A stretch of DNA of 38,197 nt from Chiloscyllium plagiosum (GCF_004010195.1 NC_057719.1:91294457-91332653); one strand, 5' to 3'. Numbered from the stretch's first letter, positions 24,055-36,199 are shown. A program made the numbers and translations. The notes: generated from the letters alone by a model not told the origin.

Positions 24055-24436
24055 GGGGAGATAGTGGTGTTATAGGTTACTAGTCCAGTGATATTACCAG
24101 ATGTGCAGACCAACGCCCAGGGGACAAAAGGTCTAAATCCTATTACACAAGCTAATGGAATTTAAATTTGAGTGAACTTAAGCTAGTCTTAGTCATGGTA
24201 ACTATCAAATGTTGCAAAACAAAAAAATATCTGACTTACTCATAGCCTTTAAAGAAAAATATCCTCCAATCTTATCCAGTTTGGCCTACGTATGACTCCA
24301 ACCCACAATAATATCGTTGACTCTTAGTTGCCCTTCTTAATAATTGAGCAAGCCACTCAGTTTAAGGGCAATTAGGAATGGGCAACAAATGCTGGCGAGG
24401 TCTGTGGCAACCCCATTCCATAAAATGAATTAAAAA
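24055..24436 (+). mobile_element. tRNA-derived SINE with LINE-derived tail
   Basis: Degenerate A/B-box head; tail aagggcaattaggaatgggcaacaaatgctggc...aatgaattaaaaaa matches the LINE ends at 17845 and 7845. Confidence 0.6.
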
Positions 24437-24487
24437 ACTGTGGACATGGCAGATTCCATACTATTATTTCAAAGAGCCAAACATGCC

Positions 24488-24650
24488 TTGGTTCAACATC
24501 TCATCTGAGACACAAGAGCTCTGACAATACAACACTCCCTCATCGATGCACCAGAGTGTCAGCAACAGCTTAGTGCTCAGGTCTTGGAATGAAATTCAAA
24601 CCTGGAACCTTTTGACACGAAGACAATAGACTGAGACAGGGCTGATGCTC
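24488..24650 (-). mobile_element. Deu-domain SINE remnant (SacSINE1/AmnSINE-like)
   Basis: Minus strand tgagggagtgttgtattgtcagagctcttgtgtctcagatgagatgttgaaccaagg resembles the Deu core as I recall it. Confidence 0.55.
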
Positions 24651-24899
24651 GTAGAATCTCTGCACCACAGCGCTGACAGCAAAGGATTCCTGTCAGTTCA
24701 CATGGTCAATTATGTGTCTACAATGTCTACTTGATATTTTACTGATCAATTACTTCTGATAGGCAAAAAAAGGTGGGTCTCTGAAAATGTGCCAATAAAC
24801 AGAATTCATTGTTTTAAAATCCTAAACTTTAGATCACAAACATTCATGTACAGAGCAGAAAAAAATTCATTTGGAATGGTGCTTGTAAAGGTTTACACA

Positions 24900-26020
24900 C
24901 GATCAGAACCATTTCAGTCAGTTAGTCTGATCTTAGTCATTGGTAAGATTTTAGAGTTCATTATGAAGGATAATACTGCTGAATACATGGAAGTGTATGA
25001 TAACATAGGGCTGAGTTAGCATTGCTTTGTCAAGTGAAGGTTATGCCTGACAAAAATGTTAGAATTCTTTGTCTAACTGGCTTGCTACCTCCTCAAAGGA
25101 GAGCCAGTGGATGTGATCTACTTGGATTTCCAGAAGGCCTTCAACAAGGTGTTACATAGGAGGCTGCTCAGTAAGCATGGTGTCAGAGACAAGGTATTGG
25201 CATGATACTGGTAGAAGATGCAGTTAGAGATGAAGGGGATTTTTTCAGTATGGCAGCTGGTGACTAACGGAGTTCCGCAGGAATCCGTGCTGGCATCACA
25301 ATTATTCAGGTTATACCTTAATGATCTGGACAAAGGAACCGAGGGAATTGTTGCTAAGTTTGAAGATGATACAAAAACTGTTGGAGGGACAGGTAATGTT
25401 GAGAAGGCAGGGAAGTTGCAGAAAGATTTGGACATGCTAGACAAATGGGCAAAAAAGTGGCAGAGCAAATACAGCATGGGAAAGTAAGAGGTTACACACT
25501 TCGAGGGGGAGAAAAGAGGCAGAGTATTTTCTCAATGGGAAAAGGCTTCAGAAATCTGATGCACAAAGTGACTTGCGAGTCTCAGTTCAGGATTCTCTTA
25601 ACTTTAACATCAGGTTCAGTTGGTAATTAGGAAGACAAATGCAATGCTGGCATTGGAATAATGAGACACTTTGCTCGAGTGCATGAGGAGAAGATGTTTC
25701 CGCTAGTCGGAGAGACTAGGACCTGACAGCATAGCCTCAGAATGAAGGGACTACCCTTTAGAACAGAGATGAGGGGGAATTTCTTCAGCCAGAAGGTGGT
25801 GAAACTGTAGAACTCATGGTCTCTGCAGCCTTCTGCGACAAAGTCATTATTTGTATTTAAGGCAGAAATAAACAGATAGGTTCTTGATTGGTAAGGAGAT
25901 CAGGAGATATGGTAAGAAGGCAGGGGAATAGGATTGAGAAACAAATCACCCATGAACAAACAGCAAAGCAGACTTCATGGGCGAAATGGCCTAATTATGC
26001 TGGTCTAATCTTATGGTCTA
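24900..26020 (+). mobile_element. Old CR1 LINE (RT to 3' UTR) with deletions
   Basis: YLDFQKAFNKV, NGVPQESVL, AKFEDDTK. Confidence 0.88.
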
Positions 26021-26828
26021 ATCACAAAATTACATGGTACAAAAATGTATGTTCTTGAGTATTAGTGGGGAAAAAAAGGCATTTATCAAAGCTTTTCACC
26101 TTGCACTTGTCATGCCACACTGAGGTAGTCTGCTGGAAATCAAGCACTGCTATCCTAGGAGCAAAGAATTATACGGACAAATTTCAGACTGGCAGTCAAG
26201 TTTGTAATTTGGTGCATCTGCTTGTACTAGAAGCTATATACAAGTACAACAAATTTTGTCTTCACTGGCACCTTATGAACCAGCACTCCTGATAAGCCAG
26301 CAAACATTATGTACCTCAAATACCAAAGTTTAATGTATTTACCTCAGTATAAACACAATTCAATTACCACACTAAAATCAACAGTTGATTTAATTTCTCC
26401 TCAAGTACCACGATTTACTGTAATGTCTAGTAGTCAGTTAAGAGTGGAAGTGAGAAGGCTCTCAGACGTTAAGTTTTATTTAAGGCAAATATTTATTTAC
26501 ATTATTATTAAGTGACTTATGCTGTAAATCAAGTATAACAGTGATGTGTATTACTTAGTGTGTGTTTTTACATTAATTAAATTGACGTCTTGATTATTCA
26601 GAATATTTGATCAATTGGTACAGTCCTGGTCGCAAAGATGCCAGAAAATAAAAAGGTTACTGTATACTATTCTATACTGACAGAAACCACACGTAAACAA
26701 CAGCAACTGTTTCAACTCAGCAAAATAGCTTAAAGCCATTCGCTAGTTCATTTCTCAGGGTACATCTTGATCAGAGAAAAAATGCTCAGTTTAAAATGTA
26801 AACAAAACCTGTTAGTTCAAAATAAATC

Positions 26829-27022
26829 ATTGGCTGTGTATTCACCATGGCAACACCTCTACCAATAAGAATCCACTTGCTAACCAATCAGTATTCACCT
26901 CTCATACAATATAAATGTTAGCTTATTCTTTAAATTGGTATTTTTGCAAATTATCCTGATGAGTGCAGTACAAAAACCTTTGACAAAAAGTGTCTTTTTC
27001 AGCAATATTAAATTTCTGTACT
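26829..27022 (+). other. Promoter-like module followed by a decayed hammerhead-like motif (possible third PLE terminal repeat)
   Basis: X-box-like 26841-26854, CCAAT at 26862 and 26884, TATAAA at 26910, then ATC-CTGATGA-GT(GCAGT)AC-AAAA-ACCT-TT-GAC at 26953-26984. Confidence 0.45.
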
Positions 27023-27204
27023 ACAAATGACAAAATGAGTACCGTTAAAAATGCTGATACAAGGACAGGTCCCTAGTAGGAAATAGGAAATTACTTTTGC
27101 AATTTGGCTATTTCGTCACAGCTTAATGTTGACAACAATCAGACACTTCTTTGTTAAAATACTAGATATGCAAACACCTTAAGAAACAATATGGCAAACA
27201 TGCT

Positions 27205-27915
27205 CAGTGCATTGAGTATTGGACTTAGGAGGCAAAAGGCCTCCTAATGAATTCCTGATGAAGGGCTTTTGCCCGACACATCAATTTTCCTGCTCCTCGG
27301 ATGCTGCCTGACCTGCTGTGCTTTTCCAGCACCACTCTAATCTAGACTATAGGAGTTGGGAGGTCATGTTGCAGCTGTACAGGACATTGATTAAGCCACT
27401 ATTGAAATACTGCATGTAATTCTGGTCTCCCTGCTATGGGAATGATGTTGTGAAAGGGTTCAGAAAAGATTTACAAGGACATTGCCAGGGTTGGAAGATT
27501 TCAGCTATAAGAAGAGGCTGAATAGGCTGAGGCTGTTTTCCCTGGGAGTGTAGGAGTGTGAGGGGTGACCTTATAGAGGTTTATAAAATCATGAGGGGCA
27601 TGCAGAGGGTAAATAGACAAGGGCTTTGGGGGGGTGCGGGGTCATCCAAAACTAGAGAACGTAGGTTTCAGGTGAAAGGGGAAGACTTTCACGCAGATGG
27701 TGGGTGGAATATGGAATGAGCTACCAGAGGAAGCAGCAAAGGCTAGTACAATTACAACATTCACAAGGCAACTGGATGGGTATATGGGCCAAGGAAGGGT
27801 TTACAGGGATATGGGCCAAGTGCTGGAAAATGGGACTAGATTTATTTAAGATATCTGATCAGCATTGACAAGTCGGATCGAAGGGTCCATTTACATGCTA
27901 TAGATCTCTAGGACT
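27205..27915 (+). mobile_element. CR1 (HER1-type) 3' fragment interrupted by a family A repeat
   Basis: cattgagta | insert | taggagttgggaggtcatgttg, colinear with the other HER1-type copies. Confidence 0.85.
27251..27348 (+). mobile_element. PLE terminal repeat, family A variant with mutated hammerhead
   Basis: ATTC-CTGATGA-A-GGGC(TTTT)GCCC-GACA-CATC...gatgctgcctgacctgctg. Confidence 0.72.
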
Positions 27916-29024
27916 CTCCTCTATTTGCTCAGTTGGAACTGAAGAATTTAGCTTAATGAGCTATAAACCACAAAGCATATCTTCCTCTCTCTAACAAATT
28001 TCCACAGTACACAAAATTCTAAGTAGCACAGAAATACCTACATCTCACTCAGGATGTGCTCTCTCCTAACTGCTTGCGCAAGGCCAACTGATAGCATCAT
28101 AATAAATTTACAAATTCTCATCACCGACTGGCGTGTGAAGATCGTCTTTCTAAATTTACCTTATGGAAACTGTATTCATAATATTTAGTTCTGTGTCAGG
28201 TAGACTGTTTTTTCACACTAGGCCACTAAAGTTAGTCTTAATAACAAGATCAGCTAAAGCAAAAGGATTTTAGCTGATGAGCATTCAGCAAGAAGCCTTC
28301 TCTGACCCAGGTATCTGTCCTCTTTGGGATTACTTTCTTCAAGGACGCATCTGCACAAGGCAAGTGCCAACTTAACTGCATGCTGTGTGACTGTCGCCAG
28401 TTGAATTACTTGATTGACAGTTCAGTTGAGTTAAAGCCTCAATAGGGCAAATGTGAAGCCTTCTTGTTAATGAAAATTCATTAAGAGAATAATAATGAGG
28501 TAATCCTAAAATAACCTCAGAATGTACATCAGAGGAGGAAAAAACTTTTAGGGGTGTTGGAAAAAATGCTTCAGATCTATTACTACTTAGGCAGCTCCCT
28601 TCAAGATTGATACCTGCAGTATAATGAATTCACTGGTATTTTATATCATAAAATAAACCCAACCTATAATCTGCTGTTTATAGTTATAATTATATATAAA
28701 TGATTACTGATAAGGATAAACACTGTGCTTAAACACCATGAAAGCCAATTGTCTTTGAACTCTTATCTTCTGGAATAATAAATTTATGAGAACTTCCATT
28801 CCTTAAGAGAAACCTCTCAATATAAAGCACATCTTAATAAATCTCTCTCTTATCCCAGGCATCATTTTAGTGAATCGCTTTTATAACCCCAACATGGCTT
28901 GACATCCTTGCTGTTGCATTCCGTACAAACCTAATTAACATTCTTGGAATCCCAAACTATTTTTCCAAACATATACAATATTAGCAAAGAAACTGCCCAC
29001 TTTTAAAAGGTCACAAAAGTTTCA

Positions 29025-29290
29025 GAATAGAGGGGAGCAAATTTAAGATTGAGCTGAGAAGGAATTTCTTCTGTCAGAGGGTTGAGACGTTTTGGAAATC
29101 CCCGCCAGAGAGAGCTATGGAGGCAAAGTCCACGTGATATTTAAGGCTAAGATAGATAGATTCCTGATCAGTAGCTCAATCAGATGTTACCGGGAAAAGG
29201 TAGGAAAATGGACATGAGCAATGTCTAATCAGACATGATCCTATTGAATGGCAAGAAGGCTCAGAGTGGCATACTACCTGTTCCTGTCTC
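29025..29290 (+). mobile_element. CR1 3' end
   Basis: aggaatttcttctgtcagagggttg...tttaaggctaagatagatagattc. Confidence 0.7.
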
Positions 29291-29313
29291 CCTACTCTTC
29301 TGAATTGCCCACA

Positions 29314-29508
29314 TGTCTGTGCTCCGGTTTCCTCTCACAGCACAAAGATGTGCAGGTCAGGTGATTTGGCAATTCTGAATTGCCCACAGTGTTAGGTGCA
29401 TTAGTCAGAGAGAAATAGGTTTGGGTGGGTAACTCTTCGGACGGTCTGTGTGGACTTGTCGGGCTGAAGGGCTCGTTTCCACACTGCAGGTAATCTAATC
29501 TAATCTAA
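29314..29508 (+). mobile_element. 5'-truncated HE1 V-SINE
   Basis: V-core end plus tail with (taatc)n. Confidence 0.8.
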
Positions 29509-31199
29509 ACTTTCAGACCTCGATCCAGACCATATAGATTTACTGCATAAACCTCTTTCTTTGCTTTAAATGTATGTTTGTACCTTAAATCTATGTCCTT
29601 TGGTTACGAATACATTTACCACTGAAAACAATTTCTCTTTACTTGCTCGACCAAAACCCTTCAAGATTATAACCAACTCCATCAAATTTCCTTTTAACCG
29701 TCTTCCAAAACCTAAGTGATTTTATGTCTGTGAAAGGAAAATTACCAAAGTCTGAAATTATGATTAGAATGACTGGAACACCTCATACTTTAAGCTGATC
29801 AGAAAGAGCCAGCACGGAATTATGGGTAGCCAAAACCCACTGAATCTGACTGAATTTTTAAACTTTAAATGAACACAGGAATGTCTATGGCGGTTATTTA
29901 TGTGAATTTCAGGAAGGCAACTGAGTCTTCCATAAAATACTGCTCGCTAAGAATTAGACTCAATTGAGGGCAAAATTAACTTCATTAGAAAATTAACTGA
30001 GTAACAGGACACAGAAAAGTGATAGTGCACAGTAACCAGCGGTGCCCACAAATAGTATGCGTTAGGCCTTAATTATTCACCGTGTATTTATTAACAGCAA
30101 TGCTTTCCTGCCATTTCTCCATCACCCTTGATTCCCCAAGTGATCAAGAATTAATCTATCTTTTAATTGTATCCATGTCTGGTGCACAAACTGCAATCAG
30201 TTCTTGTTTAGGAAGGAATTTGTAAAGACACATCAATCTGGGAAAGAGGCTGTATGTTCTGCAATCGAACGGAGTGAAATTGGAAATGGAATGGAAGTTT
30301 TGGGTAAGGAGGAGAGCTCTGGGTTTTCTCCTTAAACATTCGACTGAACATCCCTGTTTAAAGCTAAAAGTAATGACTTTGCAAAGTTGCTCCTTTTATT
30401 TTGTTCAGTTATCTATTGGCCCTGCAGGTTATCAGTTTGGTAACAAATCCTGGCTAAAACGAGCAACCAATGAGTGCCCTGAAGCGGGGAATTATGCTAA
30501 TTAAACTAACTAGTGGGAGCTTTCAGACTCTGGGAAACCTCTCCAAATGCATTTGGCAAAAACAAAAATACTTATAGAATGATACTTGCAGCAATACTTC
30601 ATTAATCCTATATTGATTTTCTCTGCATCAGCTAATTTAAACTTCTCATTATGCTTTTAATATTTTTCACCCTGTTATATAGTTTTTGAAGATACAGGAA
30701 CACAATCCCTTGTTGAAAATGCTGGTTTTCGGAATTTTTCAAATTTCAGAATTGGTGACAGTTTGACGGTGAAATTTGAAAAATTCTTACCGAACAGCAG
30801 ACTCACAGAGTACTGAGGACTACGGGCCGAGAAACAGAATTGAGGCTTGCCAGTGTTGGGCCACACCCACCCACATCACACCTGAGTGACATGCATTGAG
30901 TAGGTGTGGAGTTCAGTTAACTGTTTGCATGCCAAACAACCTTGTTAGTGAGATAAAAACTTCACGAAAAACCTTCGGATGTGCTCCTGAACTCTGACTG
31001 AAATACATGGTGATGGAAATGTTCTCAAACTTTCCTTCAATTCTATTTTGTGATTGCCTTACCTTTGTGCTGTTTGGCCTTTTCCACTGATCAGTGAGAT
31101 AATTTAGCATTTAGCAATTTTCGATACAGTGAATAAGAACATAAGAAATTTGAGCAAGAGTAGGTTATTTACCACATTGAACTTGTTCCACCATTATAA

Positions 31200-31710
31200 A
31201 AGGATCTGGGTGCTGTGTGCAGTTATGGTCGCCACACTCTAAGGATGTGAAAGCTTTGGCAAAGGTGCAAAAGAGATTTACCAAGATGTTGCCTGGATTG
31301 GAGTGTATTAGGTATAAGGAGAGTTTGGCAAACTTGATCATTTTAGCGAGAACACTGGAGGCTGAAGGGTGGTCTGATAGAAGTACGTAAAATTATAAGG
31401 CACGTGGGTTGTCAGAATCTTTCCCAGTGCTAAAAAGTCAATTACTAGGGTGTGAAGATTTAAGGTGAGAAGGGGAAAGTTTATAAGAAATGAGAGCCAA
31501 GTTTTAATTTTAACCACAGAGGGTGTAAGTGCCTGAAATGCTTAATCTCGAAGTGGTATCAGAATATACCATGTCAACATTTAGATGCCTATGAACAGAC
31601 AAACAACAAAGGGATATAAACCAGATAGTTTAGAATGGCATCATGGTCATACAAACATGGTTGGCTCAAGGGCCTTTTCCTTGATATACTGTTCCACGTT
31701 CAACAAGACT
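31200..31710 (+). mobile_element. CR1 3' fragment
   Basis: CVQLWSPH...KVQKRFTKMLPGL. Confidence 0.8.
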
Positions 31711-31754
31711 TAAACTGCACCTTATGGTTCATTTTATATGTTATGCTATTTAAG

Positions 31755-33193
31755 ATGGTGTGGAGGTAGCGGTGTTGGACTGAGGTGAACAAAATCAGAC
31801 ATCACACAGCACCAGGTTATAGCCCAACAGGTTTATTTGGAATCACAAGCTTTCGGAGTGTAGCCCCTTTGTCAGATGAAGTGAGAGAGAAGCACACAGA
31901 CATAGAACTTATAGGCAGAGAGATCAAGGGCAGAAAGATAAAAAGATCATACAAAATGGTTTGACTGGAGTGTTGAACAATAAATCTCTGCAGGTGATCA
32001 AAAGTGTCACATGGTGTGAGTAAAGTATCAACAGTGAATAACAAGCGAATACGTGACCTATATTTTGATTCAATGAGGCAGAGAGATAATTACAAAACAT
32101 TGCAATTAAAGGTGTTGCTGGAGACAAACCAATGACTGGAATAACATGATAGGTATAACAGTCGCATTCCGTGTGTCTAACCAAAAGTAATAAGTAATTA
32201 CTTTAATTTAAAACTGTATAGAGAGATCATAATCTATCAAGGTGTTGGTGTCATAAGAAATATTTTACAGATACAGAACCCCCATGGTGGGGTCACATGT
32301 AGCACATCATGAACCCAAGATCACAGTTGAGACCATCCTCATGGGTACAGAACTTGGCTACAGGTTTCTGTTCAACAATTCTGAGTTGTTGTGTAGCTCG
32401 AAGACTGCCTTGGAGGACGCTTATCCAAAGGTCCAAGACGGAATGTTCTTGACTGCTGAAGTGTTCCCCGACTCGGAGGGAACATTCCTGTCTGGCGATT
32501 GTTGCACGTTGTCCATTCATCTGTTGTCATAACATCTGCATAGTCTTACCTAAGTACCTTGCCTTGAGGTATCTTTTCCTGCAGCATAAGATAGACAACA
32601 GTGGCAGAGTTACAAGAGTATCTGCCATGTACATGGTTGGTGGTGTTCCCACGTGTGATAGTAGGTCCCAGGTCGATGATCTGAAATGTTTTGCAGAATT
32701 GTGCATTATGGTCGATGTCCTGAAGGTTGTGTGGTTTGCTACAAACAATGGTCTGTTTAAGATTTGTCAGTTGTTTTGAAGGAGTAGGGGTGATCTTGGC
32801 AAGATGCTCATAGTCATCGATGACACGTTGAAGGCTGCAAAGAATATCTCAGTCTCTTCGCTCTGGGGAAGTACTGGACGACAAATGGTACCCTATTGAT
32901 TGTATCCTGTGTCTTGTCTTTTGACAATGTTGTTGTGGTTCATCACTGTGGCACTTCGGAACTGGCGATCAATGAGTTGAGCTATGTATCCTTCAATGAG
33001 GGCATCTTTCCAAATCTTTTGGTGTCCATTGTGTTCCTCCTCATCTAGCCAACTCCTATACATATGCTTTGCGAATGACTGCTTTAACATGTTTAGGGTG
33101 AAGCTAGGGAACTGCAGCATTGTGAGGTATTCTGAGTGAGGTACTAAAGAGTCAATCCTTGATGAGGATGTGCATGTCCAAGAATGAGACTGT
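31755..33193 (-). mobile_element. Decayed, 5'-truncated Penelope-like element: RT C-terminus, GIY-YIG endonuclease, 3' UTR and terminal repeat
   Basis: SFLD...TMLQFPSFHPKHVK...LIDRQF...RVPFVVQYFP; CNSATVVYL...CRK...YLGKT; VGEHFSSQEHSVLDLWISVLQG...EQK...THEDGLNCDLGF. Ends in a family B-like repeat with a hammerhead remnant (31844-31878). Confidence 0.88.
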
Positions 33194-33454
33194 AATGATC
33201 CATTTGTTATAGAGTACCCCAAATAGTACAGTGCTCTCTGGCCTAACCCCTGTGCACAACACATTTACTTTTACACTTTGAGCTCTTCTTCCTCTTTTTC
33301 CTCTGAAAGAGCATTACCTCATGCTTTACATTAAACTACTATCAGCAAGTTTCCCATTCTGCTAGCTTGTTTGTGATCCATCACAAGTACGTTGTCCACC
33401 CAATCTAACAGAGTTTATTTGCATGAGAAGCAGTTTAGAGGTGGTTCAGTTAAC

Positions 33455-34090
33455 TGATTACTGGGATGAAGGTGTTATCTGAATGAGAAGTTCATGGAGT
33501 TCAATATAGGTAAGTGTGAGGTGATTCACTTTGGTAAGATCTTTTGGTAACAAAAAGATGGGGTACTGGGCTAATGGTCGGATACTTGGTAGTGTGGATG
33601 AGCAGAGGGATCTTGGTGTCCGTGTACACAGATCTCTGAAAGTTGCCACCCAGGTAAATACTGCGGTGAAGGAGGCATATGGCGTACTGGCTTTTATTGG
33701 TAGAGGAATTGAGTTCCGGAGCCCTGAGGTCATGTTGCAGTTGGTGACTTGATGGAGGTGTACAAGATGATTAGGGGTTTAGCTAGGGTTGACCATGAGA
33801 ACCTTTTTCCACGTATGGAGTCAGCTATTACGAGGCGGCATAGCTTTAAATTAAGGGGGGGTAGGTATAGGACAGATGTTAGGGGTAGATTCTTTACTCA
33901 GCGAGTCGTGAATTCATAGAATGCCCTGCCGGTAGCAGTGGTGGACTCTCCCTCTTTATGGGTATTTAAACGGGCATTGGATAGGCATATGGAGGATAGT
34001 GGGCTAGTGTAGGTTAGGTGGGCTTGGATCGGCGCAACATCGAGGGCCAAAGGGCCTGTACTGCGCTGTATTTTTCTATGTTCTATGTTC
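33455..34090 (+). mobile_element. CR1 3' fragment with an internal deletion near 33744
   Basis: EQRDLGVRVHRSLKVATQV; (ttctatg)n tail. Confidence 0.9.
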
Positions 34091-34136
34091 TAAGTTGAGC
34101 CTGTATCCATTGGGGTTTCGAAGAATGCGATGTGCA

Positions 34137-34462
34137 GGGCAGCACGGTGGCTCAGTGGTTAGCACTGCTGCCTCACAGCACCAAGGACCCAGGTTCAATT
34201 CCAGCCACAGGTGATTGCCTGTGTGGAGTTTGCACATTCTCCGCGTGTCTGCATGAGTTTCTTCCCCAGTCCAAAAAATATGCAGGTTAGGTGAATTGGC
34301 CATGCTAAATTGCGTTCAGGGATGTGCAGGTTAGGTGCATTAGTCAGGGGTAAATATAGGGTATGGAAATGGGTCTGGGCGGGTTACTCTTCAAAAGGGT
34401 CGGTGTGGACTTGTTGGGCCGAAGGGCCCGTTTCCACACTGTAGGGATTCTATGATTTATGA
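34137..34462 (+). mobile_element. HE1-type V-SINE
   Basis: Complete head, V-core and tail. Confidence 0.88.
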
Positions 34463-34514
34463 ATGCTTTGTGTTTCAATGAGATCACCTTTCATTCCTCT
34501 AATTTCCAGGACAA

Positions 34515-34755
34515 ATGTCTTCTCTTCGAGTGTTGCGTGTCTTTGAAACTCCTTACCACGGACAGTGGTTGGGGAAGCAGTCCTTGCATATATTTAAGGC
34601 TGAGATAGACTAATTTTTGATCAGTTTAAAAATCATTGGTTTGCAGAAGTGGCAGAAAACTGGATGCTAGGAACGTTGGATCAGCCATGATCCTACTGAA
34701 TAGCACAGCAGGTTAGCCAAGGGGCCCCTACACTTGTCCCTATTTCTTATGGTTC
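34515..34755 (+). mobile_element. CR1 3' end
   Basis: atatttaaggctgagatagac...gatcagccatgatcctactgaat. Confidence 0.65.
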
Positions 34756-35369
34756 AGATAACATGGCTAGTGCCCACAAGTATGTTAGCCCAAAGAGAAA
34801 ATCTATAGCTGGCTTCAAGTATGAGGCACACAAACAGAACCAAGTTTAGTCAGGAAAAAACCCTTGCTGTTTTTGCATTTCTTCAGCTTTTCTATATGGA
34901 AATGTGCCATGAAGCCTAGCCCAATATTTCAGTGGCCCCTTTCCATTAGGAGACTAAAATTTAAAAGCTCATGTTTAATCTTATGATTCCAAAACCCATG
35001 TGGGAGCAGCCGGAGTTTTACATAAAAATGAGCACACTTAATTTAATAACACGACACCAATCTTGAGACGAGCTGACATGGCGACTTTCACAATGCTTAA
35101 CAGTTCTCCTGGGTATTTAGTCTTCTAAAAGGTGTAATAATTCAAGAGAGCTGCAATGATTCTTCCAACAACAGTACTATACAGGAAATTTTAAAAATTC
35201 GCTCTAATCTGAAACCTAAAGGTAGGGCTATTGAGTAGTTACATATATACGATTTAAAACTGAAATAAGAATTTAGGTTTACCATAGAAAAACCAAGGTA
35301 GAATTTAAATCACTGACTTCTTAAAGAATTCCTTTCAAATGGGTGCTCAACACAAACAACATAAAATTG

Positions 35370-35900
35370 TTGGCCAGGAGTAGGCTATTCATTCCCTTGA
35401 GCATGCTCCACTATTCAATATGATCGTGACTGATCATCCAACTCAGTACCATATTCTGTCTTTCTCCCTGTCACTTTGATCACTTTAGACTCAAGAACAA
35501 TATCTAATCCTCTTAAAAACATTCAATGTTTGGCTTCAGTTGCTTTCTGTAACAGAAAGCACTCTTGACTCTGTAGGTGAAGCAATTTCTTATCCCAGTG
35601 CTAATTAGCCCACCCTATGTCCTTACACAATAACCCCTGATTCTGGGATCAACATGGACTTGGGAGGAGTGAGCTATTTGGCTCTTCAAACCTGCTGCAC
35701 TATTCAGTAAAATCATGACTGGTCTGGTGGTGATCTCAACTCCACTTTCCTGTCTCTCCCATAACTCTCTCCTTCCCTGTTACCCAAAATATATCTAACA
35801 ATTTTGAAAAACATTCAATGCCCCGGCCTCTATTGTTTTCTGGGAAAAAGTTCCACAGACTAACAGCCCTCAAAAAAAACTAATCTCTGCTTTAAAAACT
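35370..35900 (-). mobile_element. Two old CR1 3' ends
   Basis: Decayed CR1 3' UTR motifs at about 35370-35645 and 35660-35900. Confidence 0.55.
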
Positions 35901-35920
35901 AAGTCAAACTACAATAAATC

Positions 35921-36084
35921 ATGATTTGGAGATGCCGGTGTTGGACTGGGGTGTACAAAGTTAAAAATCACATAACACCAGGTTATAGTCCAACAGGTTT
36001 AATCGGAAGCTCCGATAGCTAGTGTGCTTCCAATAAAACCTGTTGGACTATAACCTGGTGTTGTGTGATATTTAACTTTGTACA
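35921..36084. mobile_element. PLE terminal-repeat element, family B, short inverted pair (hammerhead 5' core lost)
   Basis: Inverted arms of the 16003 family; tail on the left side (35921-35951). Confidence 0.8.
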
Positions 36085-36199
36085 TACATCTTCAACATTT
36101 GGAAACATTAAGCCTGTATGGAATGCTCTCAAAATTTGAAAATTACTAATATTAATGACACTCAATATAAATTTTCAAAATGCAGGTAATTTGAAATTA

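Noticed and set aside
28249..28295. 10-bp hairpin overlapping CTGATGAG as another hammerhead
   Set aside because: No GAAA after a plausible stem II and no cleavage triplet or stem I.
30170..31130. Possible DNA transposon or conserved non-coding segment
   Set aside because: I could not identify terminal inverted repeats, a TSD or a coding motif, so it is left unannotated.
34137..34210. tRNA genes at SINE heads (also 1269, 3210, 12510, 22559)
   Set aside because: Each continues into a V-SINE core and LINE-derived tail.
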